DNA of 64,000 bases from Candidatus Gottesmanbacteria bacterium RIFCSPHIGHO2_02_FULL_39_11 (GTDB taxonomy: Bacteria; Patescibacteriota; Microgenomatia; 2-02-FULL-39-11): assembly GCA_001779195.1 (NCBI GenBank), contig MFJL01000041.1, forward strand, positions 16,881 through 80,880, written 5' to 3'. The translations under genes and the position numbers were made by a program. This document shows positions 28,019-37,498 of this stretch, piece by piece. Every line of letters begins with the position of its first letter. The stretch's first letter is position 1. Under the pieces are notes generated by a model, which was not told where the DNA came from, ran no database searches, and saw only the letters and a program-made list of their open reading frames with translations.

Positions 28019-29314
28019 ATGAAAATAGGTTTTATCGGACACGGATACGTGGGACTGGTTACTGCTTCTGTATTTGCGGATTTAGGAAATACTGTTTATG
28101 TTGCCGGCAGAACAAAGGAAAAAATTGAGAAACTCAAAAAAGGAATAAGCCCTTTTTATGAGCCGGGACTGGATGAAATGGTTAAAAGAAACGTAAATGC
28201 CGGGCGTATTAAATTTACTCTGGATATTTCCGAAGTTGTAAAATCCTCTAAAATTATTTTTATTTGCGTCGGGACTCCTCCTAAGGAGACGGGTGAGGCT
28301 GATCTTTCATCCGTTTTTAAAGTAGCGGAGGATATCGGAAAGTCACTGGATCACTATGCCGTTATCGTAACCAAAAGTACGGTTCCGGTTGGCACAAATA
28401 GAAAAGTAGCTGAAATTTTAAGAAAAAATCTAAAGCCGGGAGTAAGTTTTGATATTGCCTCCTGTCCTGAATTTCTGCGGGAAGGAACCGCAATTTCAGA
28501 TACAACCAGTCCCGATAGAATTGTAATAGGCAGCGATTCTTCCAAAGCTCGGGATTTGCTTCTGGATCTTCACAAAGCGATTCCGGGGCATAGGATTACC
28601 TCGACAATTGAAACTGCAGAAATGATTAAATATGCATCCAACTCCCTTCTTGCAACCAAAATTTCGTTTGCCAATGCGATGTCATTTCTCTGTGATGCAG
28701 TTCATGCGGATGTGGAAGCAGTTCTGGATGGAATGGGACTGGATAAACGCTTAGGCCGCCAGTTTTTATATCCGGGAGTAGGATTTGGAGGAAGCTGTTT
28801 TCCTAAAGATGTCAAAGCACTTGTTGCCATTGCCCGAGAGCACGGGTACGACTTTGAGCTTTTACGTGCAGTTAACCACATCAATACCTATGCCAAGAAA
28901 AAATTTGTGGATACTATCATTGAAAAGCTTGGTGGAGTTAAAGGAAAAACGATTGGAATTTGGGGCCTTTCTTTTAAAGCCAACACGGATGATATGAGAG
29001 AAGCATCCAGTATCGACATTATAAACGGACTTTTGGAGAAGGGCGCTAAAATAAAAGCATTTGATCCAATTGCGACTGAAACGGCCAAAAAAGTGCTTCC
29101 CGAAAAAGTGCAGTTTTGTTCAAGTCCCACTGAGGCTGCCAAAGATGTAGATGGGCTTGCCCTTATCACCGAGTGGAACGAATTTAAACAAATCGATTTA
29201 TCTGAAGTAAAAAAAGTAATGAAGGGGAATTTTATTTTTGACGGACGAAACATATATGATCCGGAAAAAGTTAAAGCTCTTGGATTTAATTATAAAGGAA
29301 TTGGAAGGGAATAA
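28019..29314 (+). CDS. ugd: UDP-glucose 6-dehydrogenase
   Basis: GHGYVG, PEFLREG, GFGGSCFPKD, DGRN. Confidence 0.92.
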   Translation: MKIGFIGHGYVGLVTASVFADLGNTVYVAGRTKEKIEKLKKGISPFYEPGLDEMVKRNVNAGRIKFTLDISEVVKSSKIIFICVGTPPKETGEADLSSVFKVAEDIGKSLDHYAVIVTKSTVPVGTNRKVAEILRKNLKPGVSFDIASCPEFLREGTAISDTTSPDRIVIGSDSSKARDLLLDLHKAIPGHRITSTIETAEMIKYASNSLLATKISFANAMSFLCDAVHADVEAVLDGMGLDKRLGRQFLYPGVGFGGSCFPKDVKALVAIAREHGYDFELLRAVNHINTYAKKKFVDTIIEKLGGVKGKTIGIWGLSFKANTDDMREASSIDIINGLLEKGAKIKAFDPIATETAKKVLPEKVQFCSSPTEAAKDVDGLALITEWNEFKQIDLSEVKKVMKGNFIFDGRNIYDPEKVKALGFNYKGIGRE

Positions 29315-29316
29315 TC

Positions 29317-30300
29317 ATGAAAGATGATCCTATTATGAAACAAAATAAAAAAATTGCACTTATTACCGGAATTACCGGATTTGCGGGAAGCCATCTGGCT
29401 GAACTTCTATTAAAAGAGGATGTAGAAGTGCACGGCATTCAGAGATGGAGAAGTAAAAGCGATAATATTGAAGCTATAAAAGATAAAATTCAGTTTCATG
29501 AAGCAGATTTGCTCGATGCTCATTCGCTCTATACGGTGATTGATGAGGTAAAACCGAACTATATCTTCCATCTGGCAGCCCAGTCCTATGTACAGTCTTC
29601 ATGGGCATCTCCTTCCAATACGCTGGAAGTTAACATTATCGGCACGGTCCATCTATTTGAAGCCGTTCGAAAAAGCGGACTTCCTCTTGCTATCCAAATT
29701 GCGTGCAGTAGCGAAGAATACGGAAAAGTGATGCCTGATGAAGTTCCCATTTCAGAGGGTAATCCTTTGCGTCCTCTTTCTCCCTACGCAGTTTCCAAAC
29801 TTGCAATGGATTATTTGGGCTATCAGTATTTTGAAAGCTACGGAATTAAAATAATCAGGACCCGGGGATTTAATCATACCGGTCCAAGGCGGGGCGATGT
29901 TTTTGCTGAATCGACATTTGCCAAACAGATTGCGGAAATTGAAAAAGGAAAGAAAGAGCCGGTTGTGTATGTAGGAAATCTGGATGCAAAGCGTGATTAT
30001 ACCGATGTTCGGGATATGGTGCGGGCATATTATTTATCGGTTGAAAAATGCAAACCCGGAGAAGTATATAATATTGCAACCGGAAAAGCGTGGAAAATTG
30101 GAGAAGTGCTAAATCTGCTTTTATCGAAAAGCCTCGTTAAAATAGCAATTAAAGAAGATCCGACACGTATGCGTCCCTCGGATGTTGAAGTGCTTGTGGG
30201 GGATTCAACCAAATTCAGAAACGCAACCGGTTGGAAGCCGGTTATTCCTTTTGAAAAAACAATGGAAGATCTTCTTAATTATTGGAGAGAGAAGGTATAA
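29317..30300 (+). CDS. GDP-mannose 4,6-dehydratase / GDP-4-keto-6-deoxymannose reductase-type SDR
   Basis: TGITGFAGSHL, SSEEYG, PYAVSK, FNHTGPRRG, GNLDAKRD. Confidence 0.8.
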   Translation: MKDDPIMKQNKKIALITGITGFAGSHLAELLLKEDVEVHGIQRWRSKSDNIEAIKDKIQFHEADLLDAHSLYTVIDEVKPNYIFHLAAQSYVQSSWASPSNTLEVNIIGTVHLFEAVRKSGLPLAIQIACSSEEYGKVMPDEVPISEGNPLRPLSPYAVSKLAMDYLGYQYFESYGIKIIRTRGFNHTGPRRGDVFAESTFAKQIAEIEKGKKEPVVYVGNLDAKRDYTDVRDMVRAYYLSVEKCKPGEVYNIATGKAWKIGEVLNLLLSKSLVKIAIKEDPTRMRPSDVEVLVGDSTKFRNATGWKPVIPFEKTMEDLLNYWREKV

Positions 30301-30410
30301 TAATTATCCAATTAACCAATTTCTAATTATCCAATTAACCAAAAAAACATTTGTTTAATTTTAAATTGGTTTATTGGGTAATTGGTATTTATTGGATAAT
30401 TGGATAATTA
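30300..30410. repeat. Intergenic short-period repeat tract forming a hairpin
   Basis: TAATTATCCAATTAACCAA x2 ... TTGG..ATTGGATAATTGGATAATT. Confidence 0.7.
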
Positions 30411-30414
30411 TCAA

Positions 30415-31380
30415 ATGAATACCTTACCTATTTCTATCGTTACTGGAGGAGCTGGATTTATAGGCTCTAACTTGTGTTCAGAGCTTTTAAGGCGCGGGCA
30501 TTTTGTATACTGTGTCGATAATCTTATAACCGGAAGTGAGAAGAATATAAAACCGCTTCTTTTAAATCCCAACTTTGCGTTTTTAAAGCATGATGTTATA
30601 AATCCACTTCCGGACTCCTTTAAAAAAAAACTTAACCCCCCCTTATTTATTTTTCATTTAGCATCTCCTGCATCTCCTCCTAAATATAAAAAATGGTCTA
30701 TAGAAACCATGCGCGTCAATTCCGTAGGAACGTATAATATGCTCAATTTAGCAAGCGATTATCTGTACTCCCGGTTTTTGCTGGCTTCAACTTCTGAGGT
30801 TTACGGAAATCCGGAGGTGCATCCCCAGAAGGAAAACTACAACGGAAACGTAAATCCCCTTGGTACCAGAGCTTGTTACGATGAAAGCAAAAGATTTGCG
30901 GAAAGTCTGACCATGGAATTTTTAAGAAAGAAAAATACGGCAGTCCGCATTGTCAGAATTTTTAATACATACGGGCCGAACATGGAGAAAAGTGACGGGA
31001 GAGTAGTTTCAAATTTTATTAATCAGGCACTTTCCGGACAGAGTTTAACCCTATATGGGGACGGTTCTCAGACACGGTCTTTGTGCTATGTCTCTGATTT
31101 AGTAGAAGGAATTATTAAGATGATCCAGAAAGATAATATTAATGGGGAAGTAATTAATTTAGGAAATCCGAATGAAATGAAAGTCCGCGAAATTGCTGAA
31201 ATAATATTAAAACTTACCAAGTCAAATTCCCAAATCATTAAATCAGGTGAGAAAGATGCAGATGATCCAAAGAGGAGAAAACCTGATATTTCAAAAGCAA
31301 AAAAGATATTAGGATGGGAACCGCATGTCAGCGTGGAGGAAGGACTGCTAAAAACAATTGAGTATTTTAAGAATATATGA
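30415..31380 (+). CDS. UDP-glucuronate decarboxylase (UDP-xylose synthase)
   Basis: HLASPASP, STSEVYG, RACYDESKR, DGRVVSNFI, DDPKRRKPDI. Confidence 0.88.
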   Translation: MNTLPISIVTGGAGFIGSNLCSELLRRGHFVYCVDNLITGSEKNIKPLLLNPNFAFLKHDVINPLPDSFKKKLNPPLFIFHLASPASPPKYKKWSIETMRVNSVGTYNMLNLASDYLYSRFLLASTSEVYGNPEVHPQKENYNGNVNPLGTRACYDESKRFAESLTMEFLRKKNTAVRIVRIFNTYGPNMEKSDGRVVSNFINQALSGQSLTLYGDGSQTRSLCYVSDLVEGIIKMIQKDNINGEVINLGNPNEMKVREIAEIILKLTKSNSQIIKSGEKDADDPKRRKPDISKAKKILGWEPHVSVEEGLLKTIEYFKNI

Positions 31381-32537
31381 AAATAGTACACATCATTCCT
31401 ACATTTAACGAAAAAGAAAATATAGAACGCATGGTTACGGTTCTTACTGAAGTTGCCAAAAAAACTCCTCAAGATATCCATGAAATTTTATTTGTGGATG
31501 ACTATTCTCCGGACGGAAGCGGCGAGCTGGTGAAAAAACTGCAGAAAAAAAACAGCAAAGTTCATCTCATTGAGAAGAAAAAAGAAGGCTTGGGGAAAGC
31601 TCTTATCATGGGATACGATTATGCCATACGAAAACTTCACGCGGATATTGTAATTCCAAACGATGCTGATTTTCAGTGGGATCCGGAGGATATTCCTTCC
31701 CTTATTAAAAAATTGAATGAAGGATATGATGTAGTAGTTGCTTCCCGGCATGTTGCGGGAGGAAAAGTGGTCGGATGGAATTGGTTTAGGAATCTAAATC
31801 ATCAACTTTCAAATTCACTCCTTGCATGGTGGGTAGCAGGAGTAAAAGAGGTGCATGATCATGCGGGAAACTTCAAAGCAATCCGGGTAAAAGGAATTTT
31901 GGATAAGATTTCACTTCATAAAATGCAGAATGCCGGTTTTTCATTTCAGCTTCATATTCTATATGAGCTTTCAAAAACGGGAGCAAAATTTACGGAGGTA
32001 CCGGTAATTTTTCATGAAAGAAGATTCGGTAAATCAAAGATCGGATTTAACCGGTATTACGTACGGGATGTTTTTGAATATATAAAAAGCAGCATCAGCA
32101 TCCGGTATGATAGGTCTGCAAGTTTTTTTAAATACTGCATGGTCGGTGGAACCGGATTTTTGGTACAAACATTTATTTCCCATTTTTTGATTTTAACCGG
32201 TCTTCCTGCAGGAGCATCCGTTGCACTCGGGGCTGAAGGCTCTATTATTTCAAATTTTCTCTTTAATAATTTTTGGACGTTTAAACATGCCAAAATTGAA
32301 GAGGGAAAACTGTTTAAAAAATTTCTTCATTTTAACGGAGTCTCACTGGGTGCCATTCTTATACAATCGGTTGTAGTAACGGTGGGCACACATTTTTTTG
32401 GGACATCATCCTGGTTTATCTTTATGGTTTTGTCCATTGTACTTATTGTTATTCCATACAGTTACCTTATGTATAATTTTTTTATATGGAAGACAAAAAA
32501 AGTTCCGGATTTCAAAAAATACTTTTTGAATAATTGA
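31377..32537 (+). CDS. GT2 (DPM-like) fused to a GtrA flippase domain
   Basis: PTFNE, DDYSPDG, DADFQ; C-terminal FFKYCMVGG..NFLFNNFWTF. Confidence 0.85.
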   Translation: MKIVHIIPTFNEKENIERMVTVLTEVAKKTPQDIHEILFVDDYSPDGSGELVKKLQKKNSKVHLIEKKKEGLGKALIMGYDYAIRKLHADIVIPNDADFQWDPEDIPSLIKKLNEGYDVVVASRHVAGGKVVGWNWFRNLNHQLSNSLLAWWVAGVKEVHDHAGNFKAIRVKGILDKISLHKMQNAGFSFQLHILYELSKTGAKFTEVPVIFHERRFGKSKIGFNRYYVRDVFEYIKSSISIRYDRSASFFKYCMVGGTGFLVQTFISHFLILTGLPAGASVALGAEGSIISNFLFNNFWTFKHAKIEEGKLFKKFLHFNGVSLGAILIQSVVVTVGTHFFGTSSWFIFMVLSIVLIVIPYSYLMYNFFIWKTKKVPDFKKYFLNN

Positions 32538-34033
32538 CCCGCAATTTTTTTACTATGCGCTTATCCTCTCTACTTATCTTAATTATTCTGATATTATCCG
32601 CATTCCTCAGGCTTTACCATATTCGGGAGTATATGACTTTTTTAGGAGACGAAGGACGGGATATGCTGGTTGTTAAACGGATGATTGTAAATGGCGAATT
32701 TACACTTTTAGGTCCCATCACATCGATCGGAAGAATGTATATGGGACCGGTGTATTACTACATGATTTCTCCATTTTTAGCTCTGTGGAACTTTGATCCC
32801 GTCGGGCCCTCTATTATGGTTGCGGTTCTTTCCATAGCAACCGTGTACCTGATATATTTTTTTTGTAAAAAATTTTTCTCCGCGCGAAGTGCCCTTATTG
32901 CCGCACTTTTCTATGCGATCTCGCCTCTTACTGTACTTTACGGACGCGCTTCCTGGAATCCGAATGTGGTCCCCTTTTTTTCCATGCTTTTTATTCTTTC
33001 CCTCTCAATCGCTTCCATAAAGAAGAAATATCCTCTTTTAATACTGGCAGGCTTCTCTTTAGGAATTCTCATTCAGCTTCATTATGTCACTCTCCTTTTG
33101 GGTCTTACCCTGATTTTAACTTTTCTCTTATTAATCCGTCCCTGGCCTCCTCTAAAATATCTGATTGCTTTGGCCCTGTCTTTTATTTTGGGATATTCTC
33201 CTTTTTTGCTTTTTGAACTTCGGCACAAGTTTGTAAATACCCAAAATACAGTACGGTTTATTCTGGAGAATAAAAAAGAAGATGTTTCCATTCCCTTATA
33301 TATATCAATTACGGCAATCGTGCAGGATGTAACTGTGCGCCTTTTTTGGAGGCTTTTAATTGTTCAAAGCGCTGAGCTCTCCAAAGTATTTATTTTATCT
33401 ATAGGAGGAATTATTTTTTGGATATTTAAAACAAAAAAAATCGGGAAAAACAGCAGGACGGCACTTTTGATAATTCTTATTTGGTTTCTTTCAGGTCTTA
33501 TTTTATTCAGTCTTTACCGGGGGATAACCTATGACTATTATTTTGGTTCCTTATTTCCGATTCCTTTTATCATCTTGGGAATCTCCATATCTTTTTTATG
33601 GAAGCTTAAAAATAGTGCCCTTAAGATAGTCTGTTTCGGATTTCTTCTGTACCTTATTATTGTAAATACTCTTCACTCTCCTCTTCAGAGTAAACCTAAT
33701 AATATTCTCACAACAACGGAAAAAGTTTCCCAATTTGTTTTTAACCGGGTAAACAACCGTCCATATAATTTTGCTCTTATGGCCCTTCATAATTCCGATC
33801 ATGCCTATCGTTATTTTTTTGATTTATGGGGAAATCCTCCGATTACGATCCAAAATCCCGCTCTGGATCCGGAAAGAAAAAGTGTTGCTCCGGAATTATG
33901 GGTGATATGCGAGGATAAGGATTGTAAGCCATTGGGAAATCCTCTATGGGAAATAGCGGGATTTGGGCCGGCTGAGATTGAAGAGGAATGGAAAATTGCG
34001 CAGGTTACTGTTTTTAAATTAGTTCACTTATGA
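32534..34033 (+). CDS. GT-C (ArnT/GT39-like) glycosyltransferase
   Basis: FLGDEGRD, GPVYYY, SWNPN, QLHY; polytopic. Confidence 0.8.
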   Translation: MTRNFFTMRLSSLLILIILILSAFLRLYHIREYMTFLGDEGRDMLVVKRMIVNGEFTLLGPITSIGRMYMGPVYYYMISPFLALWNFDPVGPSIMVAVLSIATVYLIYFFCKKFFSARSALIAALFYAISPLTVLYGRASWNPNVVPFFSMLFILSLSIASIKKKYPLLILAGFSLGILIQLHYVTLLLGLTLILTFLLLIRPWPPLKYLIALALSFILGYSPFLLFELRHKFVNTQNTVRFILENKKEDVSIPLYISITAIVQDVTVRLFWRLLIVQSAELSKVFILSIGGIIFWIFKTKKIGKNSRTALLIILIWFLSGLILFSLYRGITYDYYFGSLFPIPFIILGISISFLWKLKNSALKIVCFGFLLYLIIVNTLHSPLQSKPNNILTTTEKVSQFVFNRVNNRPYNFALMALHNSDHAYRYFFDLWGNPPITIQNPALDPERKSVAPELWVICEDKDCKPLGNPLWEIAGFGPAEIEEEWKIAQVTVFKLVHL

Positions 34034-34794
34034 GAAAAATAGAACTTAGTATTATTGTTCCCTGTTATAACGAGGAAAGAAATATCCGTCTGGGAGTTCT
34101 GGACCATATAGATGCCTATTTAAGAAAAGTAAAATATTCATATGAAGTTATTATTGTTGATGATGGATCAACAGATGAAACTCTTCACTTACTTACCGAT
34201 TTTATTTCCGAACATCCGAAATTTAAGGTTATTAAATCCCGTCACGGAGGAAAAGCACTGGCGGTTATTTCAGGAATGAATGAGGGAAAGGGAGATTATC
34301 TTCTTTTTTGCGATATGGATCAGGCTACCCCTCTTCCGGAATGGGAGAAACTGCATCCGTTTTTCGAGAAGAATTATGATGTAGTAATCGGCTCCCGAAG
34401 AGATATCCGGCAAGGGGCACCGCGGTTTCGCGTAATCATGGCAAAGGGTTTTATGATATTAAGAAACATTATTCTAGACTTAGGGATCACAGATACCCAG
34501 TGTGGTTTTAAGGCATTTAAGAGTGATGCTGCAAGAACTATACTCAATCGGCTGGTTTATTATAAAGGGGAGAGAAGCGTGAGGGGCTCAACGGTAACTG
34601 CTGGATTTGATGTAGAACTTCTTTTTATCGCAAAAGAGTTAGGGTATAAGATTAGTGAGGTACCGATTGACTGGCATTATCAGGAGACGAGACGCGTAAG
34701 TCCCGTTAAGGATTCTTTAGAGGGGTTTGCCGCTCTTCTTCGGATAAAATTTAACAGTCTGAGGGGGTATTATAGTAAAAAAACTCAGATCTAA
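34030..34794 (+). CDS. GT2 polyprenyl-phosphate glucosyltransferase-like
   Basis: PCYNEE, DDGSTD, DMDQATP, DTQCGFKAF, FDVELL. Confidence 0.85.
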   Translation: MRKIELSIIVPCYNEERNIRLGVLDHIDAYLRKVKYSYEVIIVDDGSTDETLHLLTDFISEHPKFKVIKSRHGGKALAVISGMNEGKGDYLLFCDMDQATPLPEWEKLHPFFEKNYDVVIGSRRDIRQGAPRFRVIMAKGFMILRNIILDLGITDTQCGFKAFKSDAARTILNRLVYYKGERSVRGSTVTAGFDVELLFIAKELGYKISEVPIDWHYQETRRVSPVKDSLEGFAALLRIKFNSLRGYYSKKTQI

Positions 34795-34841
34795 TCGGCT
34801 CCCGACTAAATAGGGAGCGGAAAGATGGGTATATAAAGTAA

Positions 34842-35993
34842 ATGAAAAAAGATATTCTGTTTTATATTATTACCTTGTTTTACTCTGTTTCTCTTGTCCT
34901 TTTTTCCGTTTATTCCTATTCTCAAATTGATTTAAATCTGACGCTTTGGGGAAATCCCGTGTATCAGAGTTTTCAGAACCACATGATTTATTTGGGTTAT
35001 TTTAACCGCCCGCTTTCATTCTGGATTTTTATCTCTTTAGTTGTCTGCTTTTTTGCATGCTACATTTTTTTTCTAAAACTGGCACTTGGGAAAAAAATAT
35101 CAGAAGGAAAAGTTCTATTTCTTATTCTGTTTTCCAGCGGTCTTCTCTTTTTTTCATATCCGGCATTTTCTTCTGATATTTTTAATTACATGTTTGATGC
35201 GCGTATTGTAACTAAATATCATCTAAATCCTTATGAGTACAAGCCCTTGGATTTTTCATCTGATTTATGGCTTCGGTTTATGAGATGGACACACAGGACT
35301 TATCCCTATGGACCTCTCTGGCTTATTCTCACGGTTCCTCTCTCACTCTTAGGAATGGAAAAATTTGTGCTGACACTTTTACTATTTAAATTTTCTTTTT
35401 TTCTTTTGCATCTCTCAAATACATTTCTTATATATAAAATCGTTAAGGGAATGAAAAAGGATTTGGCATTTTTTTCATCTTTATTTTATGCTCTTAATCC
35501 CTTAATTCTAATTGAATCTGTTACCAGTCCTCATAATGATTCCATAATGCTGACTCTTCTTTTACTCTCTTTTTATTTTATAAATAAAAAAAAGAATATA
35601 ATTTCCTTGGCATTTTTGTTTTTATCAGGAGCTGTCAAATTCAGTACGTGGATTTTGGCACCGTTATTTATTTTTAAACTATTCAGAAAAAACCTGGTTT
35701 ATATTTCGGCGCTGGCCTTAATCATTCCTCTTATTGTTCAAATTGTTAACCGAGAACCCTATCCGTGGTACTTTGTTCCCCTGTTGGGAATTATTAGTTT
35801 ATTCACCAATTATTTTTATCTGCAGGTTGCGGCAATTGTTTTTTCTTTTATGGAAGTTTTTCAGTATGCTCCGTATCTTCTCTTAGGGGTATATACTACG
35901 GAAGTTGCTGAGATTAAAACATATATTTTTTACATATCTTTATACATTATTTTTATATGCGTATTTTTGTATAAAATAAAAACCAGAAGGTAA
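34842..35993 (+). CDS. GT-C glycosyltransferase (MptA/B- or GT87-like)
   Basis: SSDIFNY, YPYGPLW, NPLILIE..HND. Confidence 0.75.
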   Translation: MKKDILFYIITLFYSVSLVLFSVYSYSQIDLNLTLWGNPVYQSFQNHMIYLGYFNRPLSFWIFISLVVCFFACYIFFLKLALGKKISEGKVLFLILFSSGLLFFSYPAFSSDIFNYMFDARIVTKYHLNPYEYKPLDFSSDLWLRFMRWTHRTYPYGPLWLILTVPLSLLGMEKFVLTLLLFKFSFFLLHLSNTFLIYKIVKGMKKDLAFFSSLFYALNPLILIESVTSPHNDSIMLTLLLLSFYFINKKKNIISLAFLFLSGAVKFSTWILAPLFIFKLFRKNLVYISALALIIPLIVQIVNREPYPWYFVPLLGIISLFTNYFYLQVAAIVFSFMEVFQYAPYLLLGVYTTEVAEIKTYIFYISLYIIFICVFLYKIKTRR

Positions 35994-35995
35994 CT

Positions 35996-37498
35996 ATGAT
36001 AAAAAAAATCATTCAAAATAATAATTTTTTGTTCATTTTTATACTCAGCGGGTTAACTTTTATTACCCGCATAATTAATTTACTTAACATACCTATATTT
36101 ACTGATGAAGCGATATACATTCGCTGGGCGCAAATTGGACTTGCAGACCGTGCACAATGGTTTATTTCCCTTACAGATGGTAAACAGCCTCTTTTGACAT
36201 GGCTTATGTATCCGACCCTTTTATTTTTTAAGGATCCTCTTGTTGCAGGAAGGCTTGTATCCGTATTGTCGGGATCTGTCTCTGTTGTTGCTCTCTATTT
36301 GATCGGAAAAGAGATTTTTAACCGGAGGGTAGGTATTATTTCAAGTTTTATTTATATCTTTTCTCCCTTTACTATGGTTTATGACAGACTTGCCGTAATG
36401 GATAGCTTGCTTGCATGCTGTATAGTGTGGGCGCTTTATTTTCAAATAAAACTGGTTAAAAAACCCGATATTAAAAATGCTCTTATTGCAGGAATTGTAT
36501 CCGGATTAGGTTTAATTACCAAATCTTCTGCCATGTTTACACTATATCTCTTGCCTGCCGGTTTAATTCTATATCCGTTTGGAAACAAAAAATTTTTTAA
36601 AAATACGTTCCGGTGGGTTCTATTTGCTGGTATTGTTTTTGTCATAGGAGAGGTAATTTATAATTCTCTTCGGGTGTCTCCCTGGTTTTATATCATAAAA
36701 CTTAAAAATTATTCATTTATTTATACAGTTAAAGAATTTATCTCCTCGCCCTTTCAGTTTTTTATCCCTAATCTAAACGGACTGGTTGGATGGTTTTTAG
36801 AATATGCAACACTTCCCATAATTGGCGCCATAATTTTAGGAATAATTTTCGGAATATTTTCCCGTAAAAAAGAAATTTTACTGTTATTTCTCTGGTTTAT
36901 ATTCCCATTTTTATCTCTGGGCGCATTCGGGAAAGTTATTTTCCCCCGGTTTATTTTGTTCATGACACTTCCATTATTTGTTATCGCCGCATACGGATTA
37001 ACTAAAGTAATTCAATTATTCAAAACTACAATGATACAAATCATTGTAGTATTTCTTTTTCTTGTGTATCCTCTATATCAATCAATTGTATTGATGGTTG
37101 ACCCGGTGTATGCCTCTATTCCCCAAACTGACCGCAATCAATTTTTTGATGACTGGCCCTCAGGATACGGGGTAACGGAAGTTATTTCATTTTTGGAAAG
37201 CAAAGCTAAAAGTGAAAAAGTTGTTATTGGAACCGAAGGAACATTCGGGCTCTTCCCGGCAGTTTTTGAAATATATCTTCAGAATAATCCCAATGTAGAG
37301 ATACACGGATTCTGGCCGGTAAGTGAAGTGCCTCCGCTTCTTATAGAAAAGGCAAAAACAACATCTACTTATTTAGTTTTTAAAGATACTCAAAAGGTTC
37401 CCGATACCTGGTCTTTGAAGCTTGTCTCCAAATACAGAAGGGGAATCGGAAATACGTATCTGCTTTTTTATCAGGTAATTCCCAAACAAGCGGTATGA
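35996..37498 (+). CDS. GT-C (GT39/PMT-like) glycosyltransferase
   Basis: IFTDEAIY, DGKQPL, DRLAVMDS. Confidence 0.8.
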   Translation: MIKKIIQNNNFLFIFILSGLTFITRIINLLNIPIFTDEAIYIRWAQIGLADRAQWFISLTDGKQPLLTWLMYPTLLFFKDPLVAGRLVSVLSGSVSVVALYLIGKEIFNRRVGIISSFIYIFSPFTMVYDRLAVMDSLLACCIVWALYFQIKLVKKPDIKNALIAGIVSGLGLITKSSAMFTLYLLPAGLILYPFGNKKFFKNTFRWVLFAGIVFVIGEVIYNSLRVSPWFYIIKLKNYSFIYTVKEFISSPFQFFIPNLNGLVGWFLEYATLPIIGAIILGIIFGIFSRKKEILLLFLWFIFPFLSLGAFGKVIFPRFILFMTLPLFVIAAYGLTKVIQLFKTTMIQIIVVFLFLVYPLYQSIVLMVDPVYASIPQTDRNQFFDDWPSGYGVTEVISFLESKAKSEKVVIGTEGTFGLFPAVFEIYLQNNPNVEIHGFWPVSEVPPLLIEKAKTTSTYLVFKDTQKVPDTWSLKLVSKYRRGIGNTYLLFYQVIPKQAV

